A model generated the notes under the pieces. That model saw only the letters and a list, made by a program, of their open reading frames with translations. It did not search any database and was not told the DNA's origin. Below are positions 37,401 through 50,280 of a stretch of DNA of 64,000 nucleotides, piece after piece. Origin of the DNA: Adineta vaga (lineage: Eukaryota > Animalia > Rotifera); contig CP075494.1 of NCBI GenBank assembly GCA_021613535.1, positions 2,356,001 to 2,420,000 of the forward strand. Reading direction: 5' to 3'. Each line of letters opens with the position of its first letter. Positions within the stretch are counted from its first letter, which is position 1. The position numbers and the translations under genes were made by a program.

Positions 37401-39565
37401 GATGAATTTCGACGATTATTCATTTGAACCATAAATTGATAGGTTTTATTTAATTCTAAGGACTCACGAAGAATTCTTATTGATGATTCTTTTGGAAATC
37501 TCCTTTCATCAAATTCATATTTTGTTTGATTTATTAAACAAGATGATAAATCAGATGAATCATTTAAGGAATTTATAATAAAATCATTATGATAACCGTA
37601 AATACGACAATAATATTTATAAATCCAATCCTTTGAATTAAAACAAAAATAAATAAAGAGAAAAGAATACGAAAAACATACAGATGAATTAAATGGAAAA
37701 CCATCTGGATCATAAGAATAATTTCCTGGATTAAAATAAAGATCTTGTTCATATCCAGATGTGATCATTGATGTTCCTAATGGAACAAGATTTGCTGTAA
37801 TTCCTGTTGGATTTATTTGAATAAAAACTGATTGAGATGATTGAATAGTAGGATTAATTTTCATTGAAACAATTAAAATTAATTGATAAATTCCATAAGG
37901 AAGTATTAATGATGGAATATATAATTCATTTGATGTTGTTTCAATTGAATCAAATGAAAGTTGATTTGTACAATTTTGAATAATCCATTGAGATTTAATT
38001 AAACGAGATTTTGAACAATTTAATTTAATGATTGATAAAATATAAAAATCTCGACTTCGTCGAATTTGAATTGGTGATGAAAATGTTGATTGAGGAATTA
38101 AACGAATTTGAGGATATTCACATTCTATTTTTATTTTGAAAAATATTCTTTTCTTTTCTTTGAAATAAAAATTTACTTGGTTTTTTTGGAGAATCTGTTG
38201 TTTCAAAATCTTTTTTATTTGTTGAAAAATTATTTGATAAAGTTGATTGAATTTCTGTTGAACTTTGAAAAGTAATTTTTTCATCTAAGAAAAATAAAAG
38301 AAATTTAAAAGAAAGAATAAAAATTTTTGTTAAAATTAAAAATGTTTAACTTTTTTAACTTTGAAAAAATATGAACAAACCCGTAGAAAATCGTGTTGAG
38401 AGCGATGAAAATGTTGTTTTACTTTGTGTTGAAAGATAAGTTGTGGAATCTAAATATTAAAAATTAATTTAATTCTTTTTATCAAATCATAAAGGAATTT
38501 CATCAGAAAATTATTTTATCAATTGAAAAATTCATATCTTTTTCTTCATCTCATTTTTACTTACAACAAGATTCTTTTTCAAACATAAATTTTTGAATTC
38601 GATGATTTTGTTCATCACTAACATAGATATTTCCATCAACATCGAAACTATGAGTACACGGATGATTTAATTGATGAGATTCTGAACCTCTTCCATTACA
38701 TCCAAGTAAACATCGGAAACCATTTCGATCAGATCCAAATATACGAGCATTTACGTATTCAACAATAAAAATATATTTTTCTGCATCTAAAACAATTCCA
38801 GTTGGGTGTGAAAGTGTAATTGTTACAGGAGAAGATCCTTGTCCTGCTTTTGTTATTCCATTGATTTTTCCCAATTCGAATTGTTGAATACGATGATTGT
38901 AATAATCTGCCACATATAAATCATAATTCACATCAACAAAGATTCCATGAGGACCGTTAAGCTGATTCGAAGCAGAACCTTTAGTGCCATTTCCAACAAC
39001 AATTGTTGTTGTCATTGAAATATCATTTAACCATCTTTTCACTACTGCATGATTATCTCTCATTGAACAATACAAAGAATTGTTTTGATCAACAAAGAGA
39101 CCATAACATGTTGAATAAACATTCATGATATTGGTAAAAGTTTCATTCTTTGAAATCCATTGATCAACTCGAAGATTCGCTGCACTATTTTCAATAAAAA
39201 TATCTCCGAGATTTGTCACAAACATGGATAATGGGTTTGAGAAATCTCCCGAAATCGTTTTTGTTGGATTTGAACTTTGATTGAACCAAACTAGAATTTC
39301 TTTCTTGTTTCGATTAAAGGTATAAATTGTGTTATTTGTACTGATAAAAATGACACGAGGATTTTGTCCAACAATGGTTTTATTAGCAAAAGTAATTCCA
39401 TTTGGATTCCAAGTTGCATTCGAACAAAATCTTGGTTGATTAAATGAAATAGCTAAAATAAAAAGAAATTTTCTTATTAAAACAAATTAATTTCTTTTAG
39501 AATCATTTTAAATTACTTAAAGTTTCATTGATAAAAATAAAGAGAAAAAAAGTTGATTTCTTCAT
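31407..39565 (-). CDS. Polycystin-1-like (PKD1/REJ-like) protein with N-terminal NHL repeats, many short introns
   Basis: Signal peptide exon at 39565, NHL repeats (LYVADYYNHRIQ, IYVSDEQNHRIQ), S/T-rich linker, REJ region, GPS (CYY...WKSDG...TECFSTHLTKF), PLAT (VFTG...SGT...IWHDNSG...SWFL), FTRVQR and a polycystin channel domain (GWIDQQTR, LYNPN, GPF). Stop inferred at 31407-31409. Confidence 0.85.
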
Positions 39566-40995
39566 TGAAATGATCAAATGAAAATATTTTTACAAATAAA
39601 TTCAAATAGAATTAAATACATTTATTCTTTTTCTTTTGGTCACCATTTCTATTTAATCACGTTTAAAATATTTGTAATGAAAATCAACAATTTTTCTCTT
39701 GGAAAAATTAATTTAATTGATGATTTTTTTTTCTAATAAAGAAATCTGATCATAATCAATAAACGTGATTTTAAATCACAATTCAACATCAAATTGACGT
39801 CAATGAATTTTGTTATCACGATTTATTTAGAAACACGTTCGAGACTTTGGTTTTGATTTTATCTATTGATTTTATCAAATTATACACTTAAAGATTAGTT
39901 TTCTTCGTCAGAGAAAAATGTGTTTGAATGATTCTCATAGAGAACATTTATGTATTCAAGTTAGAAACACGTAATTTGACATGTTATTCTGTCAGTGATC
40001 TTTAAGAGAATCTCGAGAAAATAACGATTTTCTTGAATTCTATGATTAATTAATAGATGATAAAGAATGGAAATATCAATATAGTAACATAATCATAATT
40101 TTCACAATAATAGAACTCGATTATCAAAATCTTGATACATAAATATAACAAATCTACTCGATAGTTCTTATTTCTGTCCTTGTTATTTCGTCTTTATCAA
40201 ATATGTTGATATTAATAATCAATTATATTTCACAATTGCTTTTCTTTCTCTCAAGTTGAATCACTCTGTCAGTTAGAAGGAATTTCCGGAATGTTCAACA
40301 TCGCGGAATAGGATGACTGCTCTGTTGAAATAGTTGAACACCTTCACTAAAATGAACTGATCCTCTGTTGATATTTGAAATATGAATGACTGAAAATAAA
40401 GCTAGATAGTTTTTACTGCTTTTTAAAATCTCATGAATTTCTTCCTCATAGAATTTATTCGTCAATGACTAGACAGATTACAAGGAAAAGAAAAGTTAAA
40501 TCACAAATAAAAGTAATATGAACTATTATATTCTTATCTTCTTCGTTTCTATAATTAACTTATACTATATAAAAGAAAAGAGACAGACATCAGAGCATAA
40601 TTGGAGTATTACAAAATCCAGATAATAACAATTATGAAGATTTTCATTTATTTCGCATCGCATGGTTACTTAAATATAAATAGCAAAAGATGTGAAAACA
40701 GAATTTCATACTATGTTCAGTTCTTTTGTTTTTTAAGTTTATTTATTATTTATATTCAAAGAAAAGATATGTCAATGAGCAACGTTTTGTTTTGTATCGG
40801 TGACTTCTTTCTTCTCAAACATGTGCTAACTAAAAGAAGAAATATATTCAGATAATAACACGAGAATATCGGTGTTCTTTATTGCCGTAGAAAGGAATAA
40901 TCTAGATGTATACAGATAATTTCAATCGAAAAAAAGAGTATTCATATTAATGATTTTAGATAAATGCAATATAGTTTTTACAAACAATTGTACTA

Positions 40996-41442
40996 TTATT
41001 GTTGTTTGGGTACTAATTTAAGTACTTCACCATTATTTGTTTCAATAATTAGTATTGGTCCAGAATGAATGTCCATTTTTTGTATATTTTCGATGAATTT
41101 AAAAAGTTTAGATTCTTTCTCTTCCAATTTGTCGTCCAGAATACCCACTTCTGTTGAGCTACATGAAGATGATTTCCATTGGCTAGTAGTAGGATCAAAT
41201 TTTACAGAACACCCAAAACTGTTAATCAATCTTGCGCCAACAATAAAACACTTGACTGATTCAATATATTTAATTCGTATATTAACATCATTAAATTCAG
41301 GATGTTGCGTAGATTCTATAATTGTCCAATTACCAATAGCATTCATTAATGGTAATGATGAGATCATATGTCTTTGAGCAAAGCATAGTATTAAGAAAAT
41401 TTGTAAAAAAAGCAAAACACCTTTTGATTCATTCTGATTCAT
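40996..41442 (-). CDS. META/HslJ-like domain protein, candidate horizontal acquisition
   Basis: GNWTIIE...INSFGCSV...SSTEVG...EEKESKLFKFIEN...LIIETNNGEVLKL follows the META domain pattern. Intronless with a hydrophobic N-terminus. Confidence 0.55.
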   Translation of the reverse strand: MNQNESKGVLLFLQIFLILCFAQRHMISSLPLMNAIGNWTIIESTQHPEFNDVNIRIKYIESVKCFIVGARLINSFGCSVKFDPTTSQWKSSSCSSTEVGILDDKLEEKESKLFKFIENIQKMDIHSGPILIIETNNGEVLKLVPKQQ

Positions 41443-42087
41443 AATATATATCTTACGATGATTTGTACGGAGAAGTATAATAATGAGGGAAGAGAATAAA
41501 ATATGACTCTTTTATAAGAAAAGAACAAAGAAGAAGCATTCATTGTTGAATATTGATCAACCATAAAATTGAATGATATGTAGATGTCAGTTGAAAATAA
41601 AGAAAAGATGTTTTTTTTTCTAAACTGTTGTAAATTATGAGAGGTAAACTTATTGAAATGAACATGAAAAGTTGCAGTAAACTATAAATGAATAAATAAA
41701 TATATATTTATATATTATTGGAAGACGAAATCAAATTGATGATATTCCTATAGATGGAGTAAACGAGTATTTCTCTTTTATTCGTCATTACTCATATCTA
41801 TATTCTCGAGTTTTCGTTGTTGATAACAGAACAGTTAGATTTAATATTATATATACTCTCTTAAGAAATCAAAATTTGACTTAAGTTTTCTTTAATATCT
41901 GAAAGAATCAGATTTACATCATCACAAGTAATTCCAAAAAGTTCTCTCTAATAACAAATCATGTGAAAAGAGAATATGTATTTAGTAATGTATGCATTCG
42001 TTTATTTACATATAGACTTTTTTGATTATGATATTCAATCGGATATTAAAGATAGTATAACTGTGTTCCTATAAGAAAAATTAAAAC

Positions 42088-42132
42088 GGGTGTAGGTGAA
42101 TGTTCCTTCTTCTCTCATCCACACCCACCCCT
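42088..42132. repeat. Telomere-repeat palindrome, site P12
   Basis: GGGTGTAGGTGAATG-TTCCTTCTTCTC-TCATCCACACCCACCCC, ending about 17 bp past the stop codon of the gene on its right. Confidence 0.85.
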
Positions 42133-42148
42133 ATTTATGATTATAATT

Positions 42149-45100
42149 TCATGTCGGATTGATTCTTTGAATGCTATGACATATTTGTTTAGTTATAAGA
42201 ACAGCAATTAATCGACAAATAATAACTAATCCACCATATAAACCAATGAATATTGTTATACCTTGAATAAGATTTGTTTTATCAATATATGAATAGATAC
42301 ATAATGATGGTGAACATTCATAAAAATATTTTGTATAATTTATCTTATAAATCAACTGTTCAATCATTAATTTATCTACAAGTGTTTCAATTGTTTGATT
42401 TAATGAAAAACGACTATTAAATAATGATGAAATATTTATTGCATGAAAAGTATTTGTTGAATCAATACATTCTTGATTATAAAAACATTGTAATATTGTT
42501 TGTAAAATTGATTCAAGTGGATAACAACCAGTTAACATATTTCGAGATGAAATTACACATTTTGATGCTAATGAACAACTACATCCACTGTAATTTACAG
42601 GTACGATATTCGCAACAATATAATCTTTAGAAAGACGTGTAAGATCAAATTGCCAATTAGTAAAAAATCCGTTCATTAACATATTAGCATGTGTTAATTC
42701 TCGAATTAATGAAATAGTATTAATAAATGATTGTGACATTGTTTGTTCAAATTCATTAATAAGTAGTTGAATTTGATTAACTAACAAATCTGATGATAAA
42801 AGTTGATTATTAATAAAATCAGTTGTTCCTAATTGAAAAATTGAATTGTAAACTGTTTCATTTGATAAATTACAAATTGAAGAAAGTAATTGAAATTGTC
42901 CAACAGCTGAATAATAAAAATCATATAGATCATTTTCATAATCAGTAACTTTTTTTTTATATAAATAAGAAATCCATCGATTAGTAACAAAATCACTTGA
43001 ACAAATTTCATGAAAACGAGTTGTTAAATTTAAAAATATTTTATATTTAATTGATAATTGTGAACAAGAACATTCTAATGTTTCATAAGATTGTTGAAAT
43101 AAATCTTTATAAATTTCTAATGAAGGTTTCATAATTTGAACAGTAGTTATATTATAGGTGTAAATGTAGAAAACATACATAATATACTTAGACTTGTAAT
43201 AACTAAAATAATATGTAATCGATGAATAATATCATTTTCATCATGACAAATAAAGATTTGTTTAATTGAATTTAAAGAAATCGAATGAAACATATTATTT
43301 GTAAGAATTTTATCAATAAATTTAAGTCCAAAAGTGAGAAAAAGTTTTAATACAAGTGATAATCCACCAAATATACTTATAATAGTTGTAATACTAATAA
43401 AAATATGATTTCGATCTTCATATTGATATGTACATGATAATGGTAAACATATTTTATAATATGATGAATAAGAAACATCTGATAACCATCGATCAACCAT
43501 TAATCGATTGACAAGCATTTCCATTGTTTCACTATATAAATTAAGATTTGGATTGAGAGAAGAAAAACTGAAATTGTTCGGTGAACGTAAATGTTTATGA
43601 ACTGTTAATAAACATGATATATTATAAAAACATTCTAATGTTGATACAAATAATGATTTTATGAAATAACAACCAATGAAGAAATTTGAAAATGTATATA
43701 CGTGATTTTGTCCACCTGTATGTTCCAAATGAATAATTTCAGCATTTGTATAACAAGTTGGTGATAAAATACAATTACATTTGAAATGTGTTATAACATT
43801 TGATATAATATTTGTTGAATATCGATTCATTTTTGGACGGATATTTAGATCACGACTAATCAATTGATTTCCTTCGTTAATTCGTTGAATGAGTTGAATC
43901 GTTCTCTTAAAAGTATTAATCATTGTAAATTTCCAATCTTCAATCGATGAATTAATTTGAATCTGAAAAGATTGTTGAGGAAGAACTTGTGAGCTGACAA
44001 ATTCTCTTTTAAGAAATATTTCAACTGCATCATCGATGGTTTGTTCAGCTTGTTCACAAAATAATCCTAATAATCTAAAATGACTTTGACTAATATGACG
44101 AAATTCAAAATAATATGCGTAACTAACACTTAAACTATCACTTATATTATTGAATCCATCTGTCAGAAATAAAATCACTTCGACATAATTGATGATATTG
44201 TGGTTGAATTCTTGTGAAATTCGAATAAGATATTGAAATTGAAGTACATGGACATGAGAGTGATTGAGAATATTCTTGTTGTAATTCAATAAATTGTAAT
44301 TCAGTTGGATAAAAAATCGTTTGAGAATGAATTGATCTTTGTAAAAATACATAAATAGTTATAATTATCATTGAACCAATGAGAAAAAATAGATATAATC
44401 GTGTAGCATAACGTTGAAAACGTATTTGTCGATTTGTATTAATTGATTGTTGAAAAATATTTAATTCAATTAACCTATCTCGTATGATTGCTTTGAATTG
44501 ATATAAACGATTTTTGACTAAATATTAACAATAGAAAAAAAAACAAATTTTTATTTAGTAAACTTTTATAAAATTAGTTTTGTAATGTATAAAAATGAAT
44601 GAAGATTATATTTTCATTCTCAACTGCTCATGTTTCTATTGAAAATTTTTACTTACTAGTAGTTCGTGGTTTCGGTGTTCGATCTTGTAGTTGTACAATA
44701 ATTCGAATAACAAGTGATATGATTATTCCGAGTATTAATGTTAAACTAGACAACAAACCAACTAGTTTTTGTAATGTATAAATAAAACCACGTTTTGATA
44801 CTTTCAAATAAGTACACGAAGAGGGTGCACATTCTGAATAATAATTATTATACGAAGTATTCATTATCCAATTTTCATTCATCAAATTACCGATCATTGT
44901 TTTTACAGTTGCTGTTGGCTGATAGGAACTTTCGGTGTTCACAATCATCGCTTTGAATGTCTCGTTTGTTGAAAAATATGAAATCAATTTGTTTACACAT
45001 GTCTGATTGTAAAAACATTCGAGTGTTGAAAGAAGAAGCGAAGCTACTGGTAAACAACCAGATGACATTCCTGATATAATCCATGTCATCCTGTACTGTT

Positions 45101-45908
45101 CATTTGGTGACAAATTTCCGAATATATTTGAAGTACCTGCTTCTGTTTCATCACAACTTCTAGATTCACAACGGCATAAAAGTCCATTTTTTTGTATGTA
45201 CACATACCAGAGCAACATGATATAGTCTCCACCGTTGATTGTGTAAAAATCGTTTGTCTGCACTCCGGATATTAATACATTACTGATCATTATTCTATCA
45301 ATTAGTCTTAATTGAGATTTAAAAGTATTTGGTGCTGTTAATTTAAATTGTTCAATAGTTGCACTTATTGAAGATCGAAGATAACTTTCTTGAATAACTT
45401 GTTGGCTCATCAATTTATTTTGTTGAAAAAGAAAAATATTTCGATCGGTATTTGATTTGGATAAACGACAAAAAGCAACAAGTGCTTGAAATTGAGCACT
45501 ACCATAACGTCGAAAGTCTGGAACAGGAAAACGAGTTGAATTTGCTCCAGAATTAATCGCTTTAATCCATCGATCAGTAATAAAATCACTTGAACAAACT
45601 TGATGAAAATTTGCTTTGAATGAAATGAATTTACCATATGAAATAGAAATATGAGAACATGAACATTTCGCAGTAACAGGAAGATGTTCAAATTGTTCTT
45701 TTGTTGGATTTTGTATAACAATCATTACTGATTGTTTGGATAATAATAACATAAGACCAACAATAAGAAGAATCAATATAATAAGTAGAATATAAATTCG
45801 TGTACCAATAATATTCCATCGACGTTGTTGAGCATTTTCTTCTTCATTAGAATTGGATGTAGGTGCAAATAGATTCAAATTGAGAAAAAGCTCTTTTAAA
45901 GATGACAT
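42149..45908 (-). pseudogene. Three-module cysteine-rich multipass membrane protein (uncharacterised family); two frameshifts
   Basis: Three ~400-aa units, each TM-CxC...HQxCSSDF...GC...STLECFY...CxPxxCxY-TM. One intron at about 44652-44520. Frame breaks at about 44155 and 43170 have no splice signals. ATG at 45908. Confidence 0.7.
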
Positions 45909-45932
45909 ATTCACAGAATAAAAGATAATTAA

Positions 45933-46520
45933 TCTATCTAGACATATATAAAGAGAAAAGTTTGTTTGTCTGTCGGTTCACTATACACTCAGCTTCTGTA
46001 ATAGAGAGCACCATCAAACTTTCCATGGTACTTCGCTAGATCCAGAGGGGTTTAACATCACTGAGGGGGTCAGGAGGAGAGTGCTGGGTAAAGTCACATC
46101 CATGTCAGAAATAAATATAATTCGGTTGCTGTAATAGCTGGCGCGTCGAAAGCTTCATAACACTCACTCACCTCCAATAAAAATGGAGAAAAGATCACCA
46201 GAAACAAGGGAGATCGGTGAAGAACTGAATGAAGTTTCATGCATGTCAATCAACAAAGTTTAGATACAAGCACGAACGGTCGTTGGTAGTAATATACAGA
46301 GTTCTTGATTTTCGCACTGTTAATTCTACGAGTCGTATATAAGAGTGGAAATTGAAAAAAAGTATAGAATTTTGCCTCTAACAAAAAACTCGAGAAACGT
46401 TATGTATCAAATATTGGCTTACGAAAAAATTATTTCACTGAAAAGACTCTTTTCATCGATGAAGCATATATGACAGAAAGATTGGCGAAAAGAAAAGTGA
46501 TATTTTTGAATAAACTACAA
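45933..46520 (+). mobile_element. Possible Helitron-like element 5' end, degenerate
   Basis: A|TCTATCTAGACATATATAAAGAGAAAAGTTTGTTTGTCTGTCGG...ATCAAACTT resembles typical animal Helitron 5' ends. No 3' hairpin/CTAG end was identified, so the right boundary is uncertain. Confidence 0.4.
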
Positions 46521-46543
46521 CGTGAGGGAGGGGTAAAAGAAAC

Positions 46544-46609
46544 TTAAAGGGTGTGGGTATGGGGTCGCTATTAGCAAATAACATCCACACTCTCACACAC
46601 ATACACTCA
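46544..46609. repeat. Telomere-repeat palindrome, site P13
   Basis: TTAAAGGGTGTGGGTATGGGGT-CGCTATTAGCAAATA-ACATCCACACTCTCACACACATACACTCA. Confidence 0.8.
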
Positions 46610-46630
46610 CAGAGCATGTTACATCGGCGA

Positions 46631-48206
46631 CACTATAAAAAAATAAGAATTTTTACGGAACCAAAAAGGATCTTCCCTTGGGCACAAAATCAGAACCATT
46701 TAACAAGACCGACCAAAAGGTTTGACACGGTAGTATTACTATCTAGTGACACACCAGGTTACACAGGAATGGTTAACCACGGAAACACTTCGATGACCCA
46801 ATCACCTATGAAAGAAGAATAAGTTTATATTATTCATATATACGAACACATATTTAGATGAATATACGTTTTCTAACAGGTGATGTTGTTGTAACCGGCA
46901 ATAACATTCATGATATTTCTATGTATAGGGATATATGGGTACTCGCGATTAGTCATGCATTATATAAAGGGCGGTGAGTTTAACTGATCAAGATAAGATT
47001 TAAAGGTATATCATTGCGAGTTATATATATGGAGTAAAAATAACACTTTTTTTTTATAGAATTAAAGATGGTTTCTTTCTGTAATGGTAGTTGTTAGGAA
47101 ATAACAATAAAAATATAAAAAACGGCGCTCCTCTTGCTGAACCTTCTATAAAAATTTAAAATAGAAAACTGATATAACAGTTAGCACTCAAACATCGCAA
47201 TAGTAACTACTTGTGCTAGCTTGATTTACTCGAATTCTTTATATTTATTCTACTGAAATCTTCTCTCTCTAGAATTCACTATTAAGCATTAACTGGTATA
47301 TTCAACTTATAATCTACCCCTTTTGTATGAATTCTCTAGCTACTAAACTGCTGCTTGATTTCTCCCTTGTACGCTAACAAACACACATTCTTCTTTATTT
47401 TAGGGCGGGTCAGTGAGAACTTAAACTTCATTTACTACCAGATATTGCGACCATTTCATTCTTCATATTATGCTAAATATTTCTCCGATTTTAAAAGCGA
47501 AGTTTACACCTCTGTATCATCTTTTTGACTTTCTGGTAATCCGATTTGTTTCTTCTAAGTAAAAATTATACTATACATCTGTGATCCTTCGCTTGTTTCC
47601 ATCATTACCATGGATACTGGTGATCTCTGATACATTTTTATGCTGCCAACAAAGTATTTTTTCTTAAAAAGATCTCAAACTTTTTGAAACTTTCTGTAGC
47701 TATACAAACCACCCTACGTTGCACATACACACTATCAGTACCCAACGAAGTTATTCAAGGCGTCATAAGAAAACTACGGGATCACCGGAAGATGAACAAA
47801 CTTAGCCATGTTCTCCTGTCCAGCACGTTAAAACTTCAACAAATCCAGACAATAATTGGCACTCACCGCAAAAATACATAAAAAACTATGGAAGATTTAG
47901 TACACTGTCGGTAGCTTCCTGCAAAAAATGCAAAACAGCCAGAACTATGCCAGGTTCAGTACAAACTCGGCGGAACCATCCCTAGTTCCGTTCGAATGAT
48001 GCGTAACCATCAGTAGTTTGGTTCCACACATAAAGAACCTTTTCGAAGTTTAGTAGGAAGACTACGAAACTATATGTGAATTTCTGAAACTAAAAAGTGT
48101 TTCTTCGACGGCTACGGAACCTTCTACACTCTGCCGAACTTTTTATAGTTCACCGCAGAACTACTGAACCTTTAAAGTACAGTAAAGTACCTTTTTCTTT
48201 AGAGTG
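46631..48206. mobile_element. Probable non-autonomous CACTA/EnSpm-like element
   Basis: Left end CACTATAAAAAAATAAG; right end (reverse complement) CACTCTAAAGAAAAAGG. Subterminal GAACC/GGTTC-rich repeats at 47900-48190. It cuts off the gene fragment to its right. TSD not confirmed. Confidence 0.5.
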
Positions 48207-48611
48207 TACATTAATTGATATTCACAAAATTTTCCGAATACTCCCTTAGTAACAGAACAACTACATAAAAATGAGTTAGTGATCATTTCTTTAATAGATT
48301 GGTTAAAAAATATAGTAATATGTCGCATAATCATCGGCTTTTTCGATACTTGAACCCCATTTGAGTACTTCATGAGGTTTAATATTAGCAGAGATTAATT
48401 TTGAAAACTTCTGTAATTGTCCTCCATTATAACATTCCATTTCTGTAAATTCATTATTAATCAAATGAATATCAGATCCGTCGTAGATACAATGAAATTT
48501 CTCTGTTGAATGACTATCATCCATACTATTCAATTAAATATTTTCATGATTTTGATCCACGTTTCTACAAATGAACATTATAAGCAACAAAGCAATCAAG
48601 AAATTTCTCAT
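48207..48611 (-). pseudogene. N-terminal fragment of a secreted/receptor protein with an EGF-like motif, truncated by the CACTA-like element
   Basis: Signal peptide MRNFLIALLLIMF..., then VLKWGSSIEKADDYA...FLCSCSVTKGVFGKFCEY. Contains a stop and a frameshift, and ends at the CACT terminus. Confidence 0.6.
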
Positions 48612-48878
48612 GCTTTCTATATGAAAGATTGTGTGCAAATATTCTATTTCTTCTCTTGTTTTAATATTAAAACTCAAAGATCATTTATCTTCATATATCG
48701 CGTGATTTTATTCAACTTAGAGAAAAATTTGTTTGAAATATTAGCTCGCACATAAAATCTGTCAACGTGTTAAGTCATAGATATTCATATTCTCAATCAT
48801 CTATTATGTTAAAAGATATGAATAAGTGCCACTGCTTTACATGCACTTGATTTCAAAATGAATTATAATATTGTTATC

Positions 48879-49613
48879 AGAGAGCGAAACGAGGCAATAT
48901 TTTACTGCCTGGCCTCGCTTCGCCTCGCCTCGCCTCTGTTTTTTAGAATGTTATAGAAAATAGTATTGAGAACGTCATCTTTGCTAAGAATATAATCTAT
49001 TTTTGTGATACTTTCAATTTGTAATGCATTAGATTCTTTATCAATTCATCTGACATAGTTTTATTTCCTGATAAGTTAACAAGAAATAACAATGACAAAA
49101 AATAATTAGTAAAGAATATTTTACATATTTTATATTTTCATTCTGTTATTTTCAATCGATCGTAGAAAAAATATATTATTAACTGTTGATGGTTCGATTG
49201 TAGATCGCCGTTACGAGACAATTTGTCCCGCAGCACTAAATTCTCGTTCCACGGCTGCGAAACTACATGAGATACAACAATATCTCTTATCCAAACGAAG
49301 TAGACATGGAAATGTTGATTCGTCTATTTAGGCCTCAGATACCCTATAAAAAATGAAACAGAATTAAAATAGAATTGATCAATGACGTTCATTAATTTAC
49401 ATCTAAGTCAGGTTCATTACCTGACTTAAATGAGAATGAAACAATCACGTGTTAATTTTGGTTTTAATTCTGTTTCATTTTTATAGTGTGTCTGAAGTCT
49501 TCGTCATAGATTATATGCGCTTGTCGTTCATAGAATTGAAAAAAGATTATTTCTTATCAATATAGATGTCGGTAAAAATCGAGGGAGTACTTCTCGCCTC
49601 GCCTCGCTTACCT
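48879..49613 (-). mobile_element. Internally deleted hAT transposon retaining the dimerisation-domain region
   Basis: Minus-strand 49320-49145 reads STFPCLLRLDKRYCCISCSFAAVEREFSAAGQIVS*RRSTIEPSTVNNIFFLRS (hAT C-terminal ERxFS motif). Ends are CAGAGAGCGAAACGAGGC and GCCTCGCCTCGCTTACCTG, with GCCTC subterminal repeats. Confidence 0.75.
49331..49499. mobile_element. MITE nested in the hAT remnant (PIF/Harbinger-like ends)
   Basis: Imperfect TIRs of about 45 bp: GGCCTCAGATACCCTATAAAAAATGAAACAGAATTAAAA and TTTTAATTCTGTTTCATTTTTATAGTGTGTCTGAAGTC. TTA on the left, TTC on the right. Confidence 0.7.
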
Positions 49614-49985
49614 GATCGTCTGTTGGACTATTGAAAAGTGGACGTCTGCCGATATCAATACTCCTACCGTTCACTGAGCCCTTCCCATTCGTTAAATGAA
49701 CCAGTGGTAGCTGTCAGTCATTCGGTAGAAAGTTCACTGAACTCTAACAATCTTCACTATATCAGTGATCGTTTTCCAGAAATTACACTGCACTAATTAC
49801 CAGTATAGGAATCTATTCATATATTTGAATCAATTCTGCGAAACCTTGAGCCACTATATGAGATCATTCATGGTTCCGCAGAAGCTATACCGAATTACTT
49901 TCAAGTATTCGAAACTATGAATTGTTCTTTGTACATAAATCGAACCTTCAGAGAGACAATCGGGTGATTCAAAGTTTCCCATGAA

Positions 49986-50110
49986 TTAAGGGTGGGTGCG
50001 GGTGTGGATCTTTTTGTCTTCTCTCACCCACACCCTTGCCCATATGCACACTAATCTATACCCACCCTTCTAACATGTTTGGCACATTCTATCTAACCCA
50101 CACTCTCAAG
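49986..50110. repeat. Telomere-repeat palindrome, site P14, with two extra C-rich arms
   Basis: TTAAGGGTGGGTGCGGGTGTGGA-TCTTTTTGTCTTCTC-TCACCCACACCCTTG, then ATACCCACCCTT (about 50058-50069) and AACCCACACTCTCAAG (50095-50110). Confidence 0.85.
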
Positions 50111-50280
50111 GTGGTTGAAATCTATCGTTTGTAACTTAGTTTTATTTTATTATTGATCACATGTATAGAATAGATTTATGACATAAAATATCATTATTGT
50201 TTATAAAATAGTCAAGTGTCACTAAACGGTGCCACTACAATAACTCTCATTTTCCATTTTCGAATACAATAAAAGATAAA

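Noticed and set aside
44575-44782. About 19-bp duplication TAGTTTTGTAATGTATAAA between an intron and the nearby exon
   Set aside because: Short and AT-rich; could be chance or a trivial local duplication.
46430-46523. Peptide TLFIDEAY resembling a Walker B motif
   Set aside because: Too short, with no Walker A or extended frame to support it.
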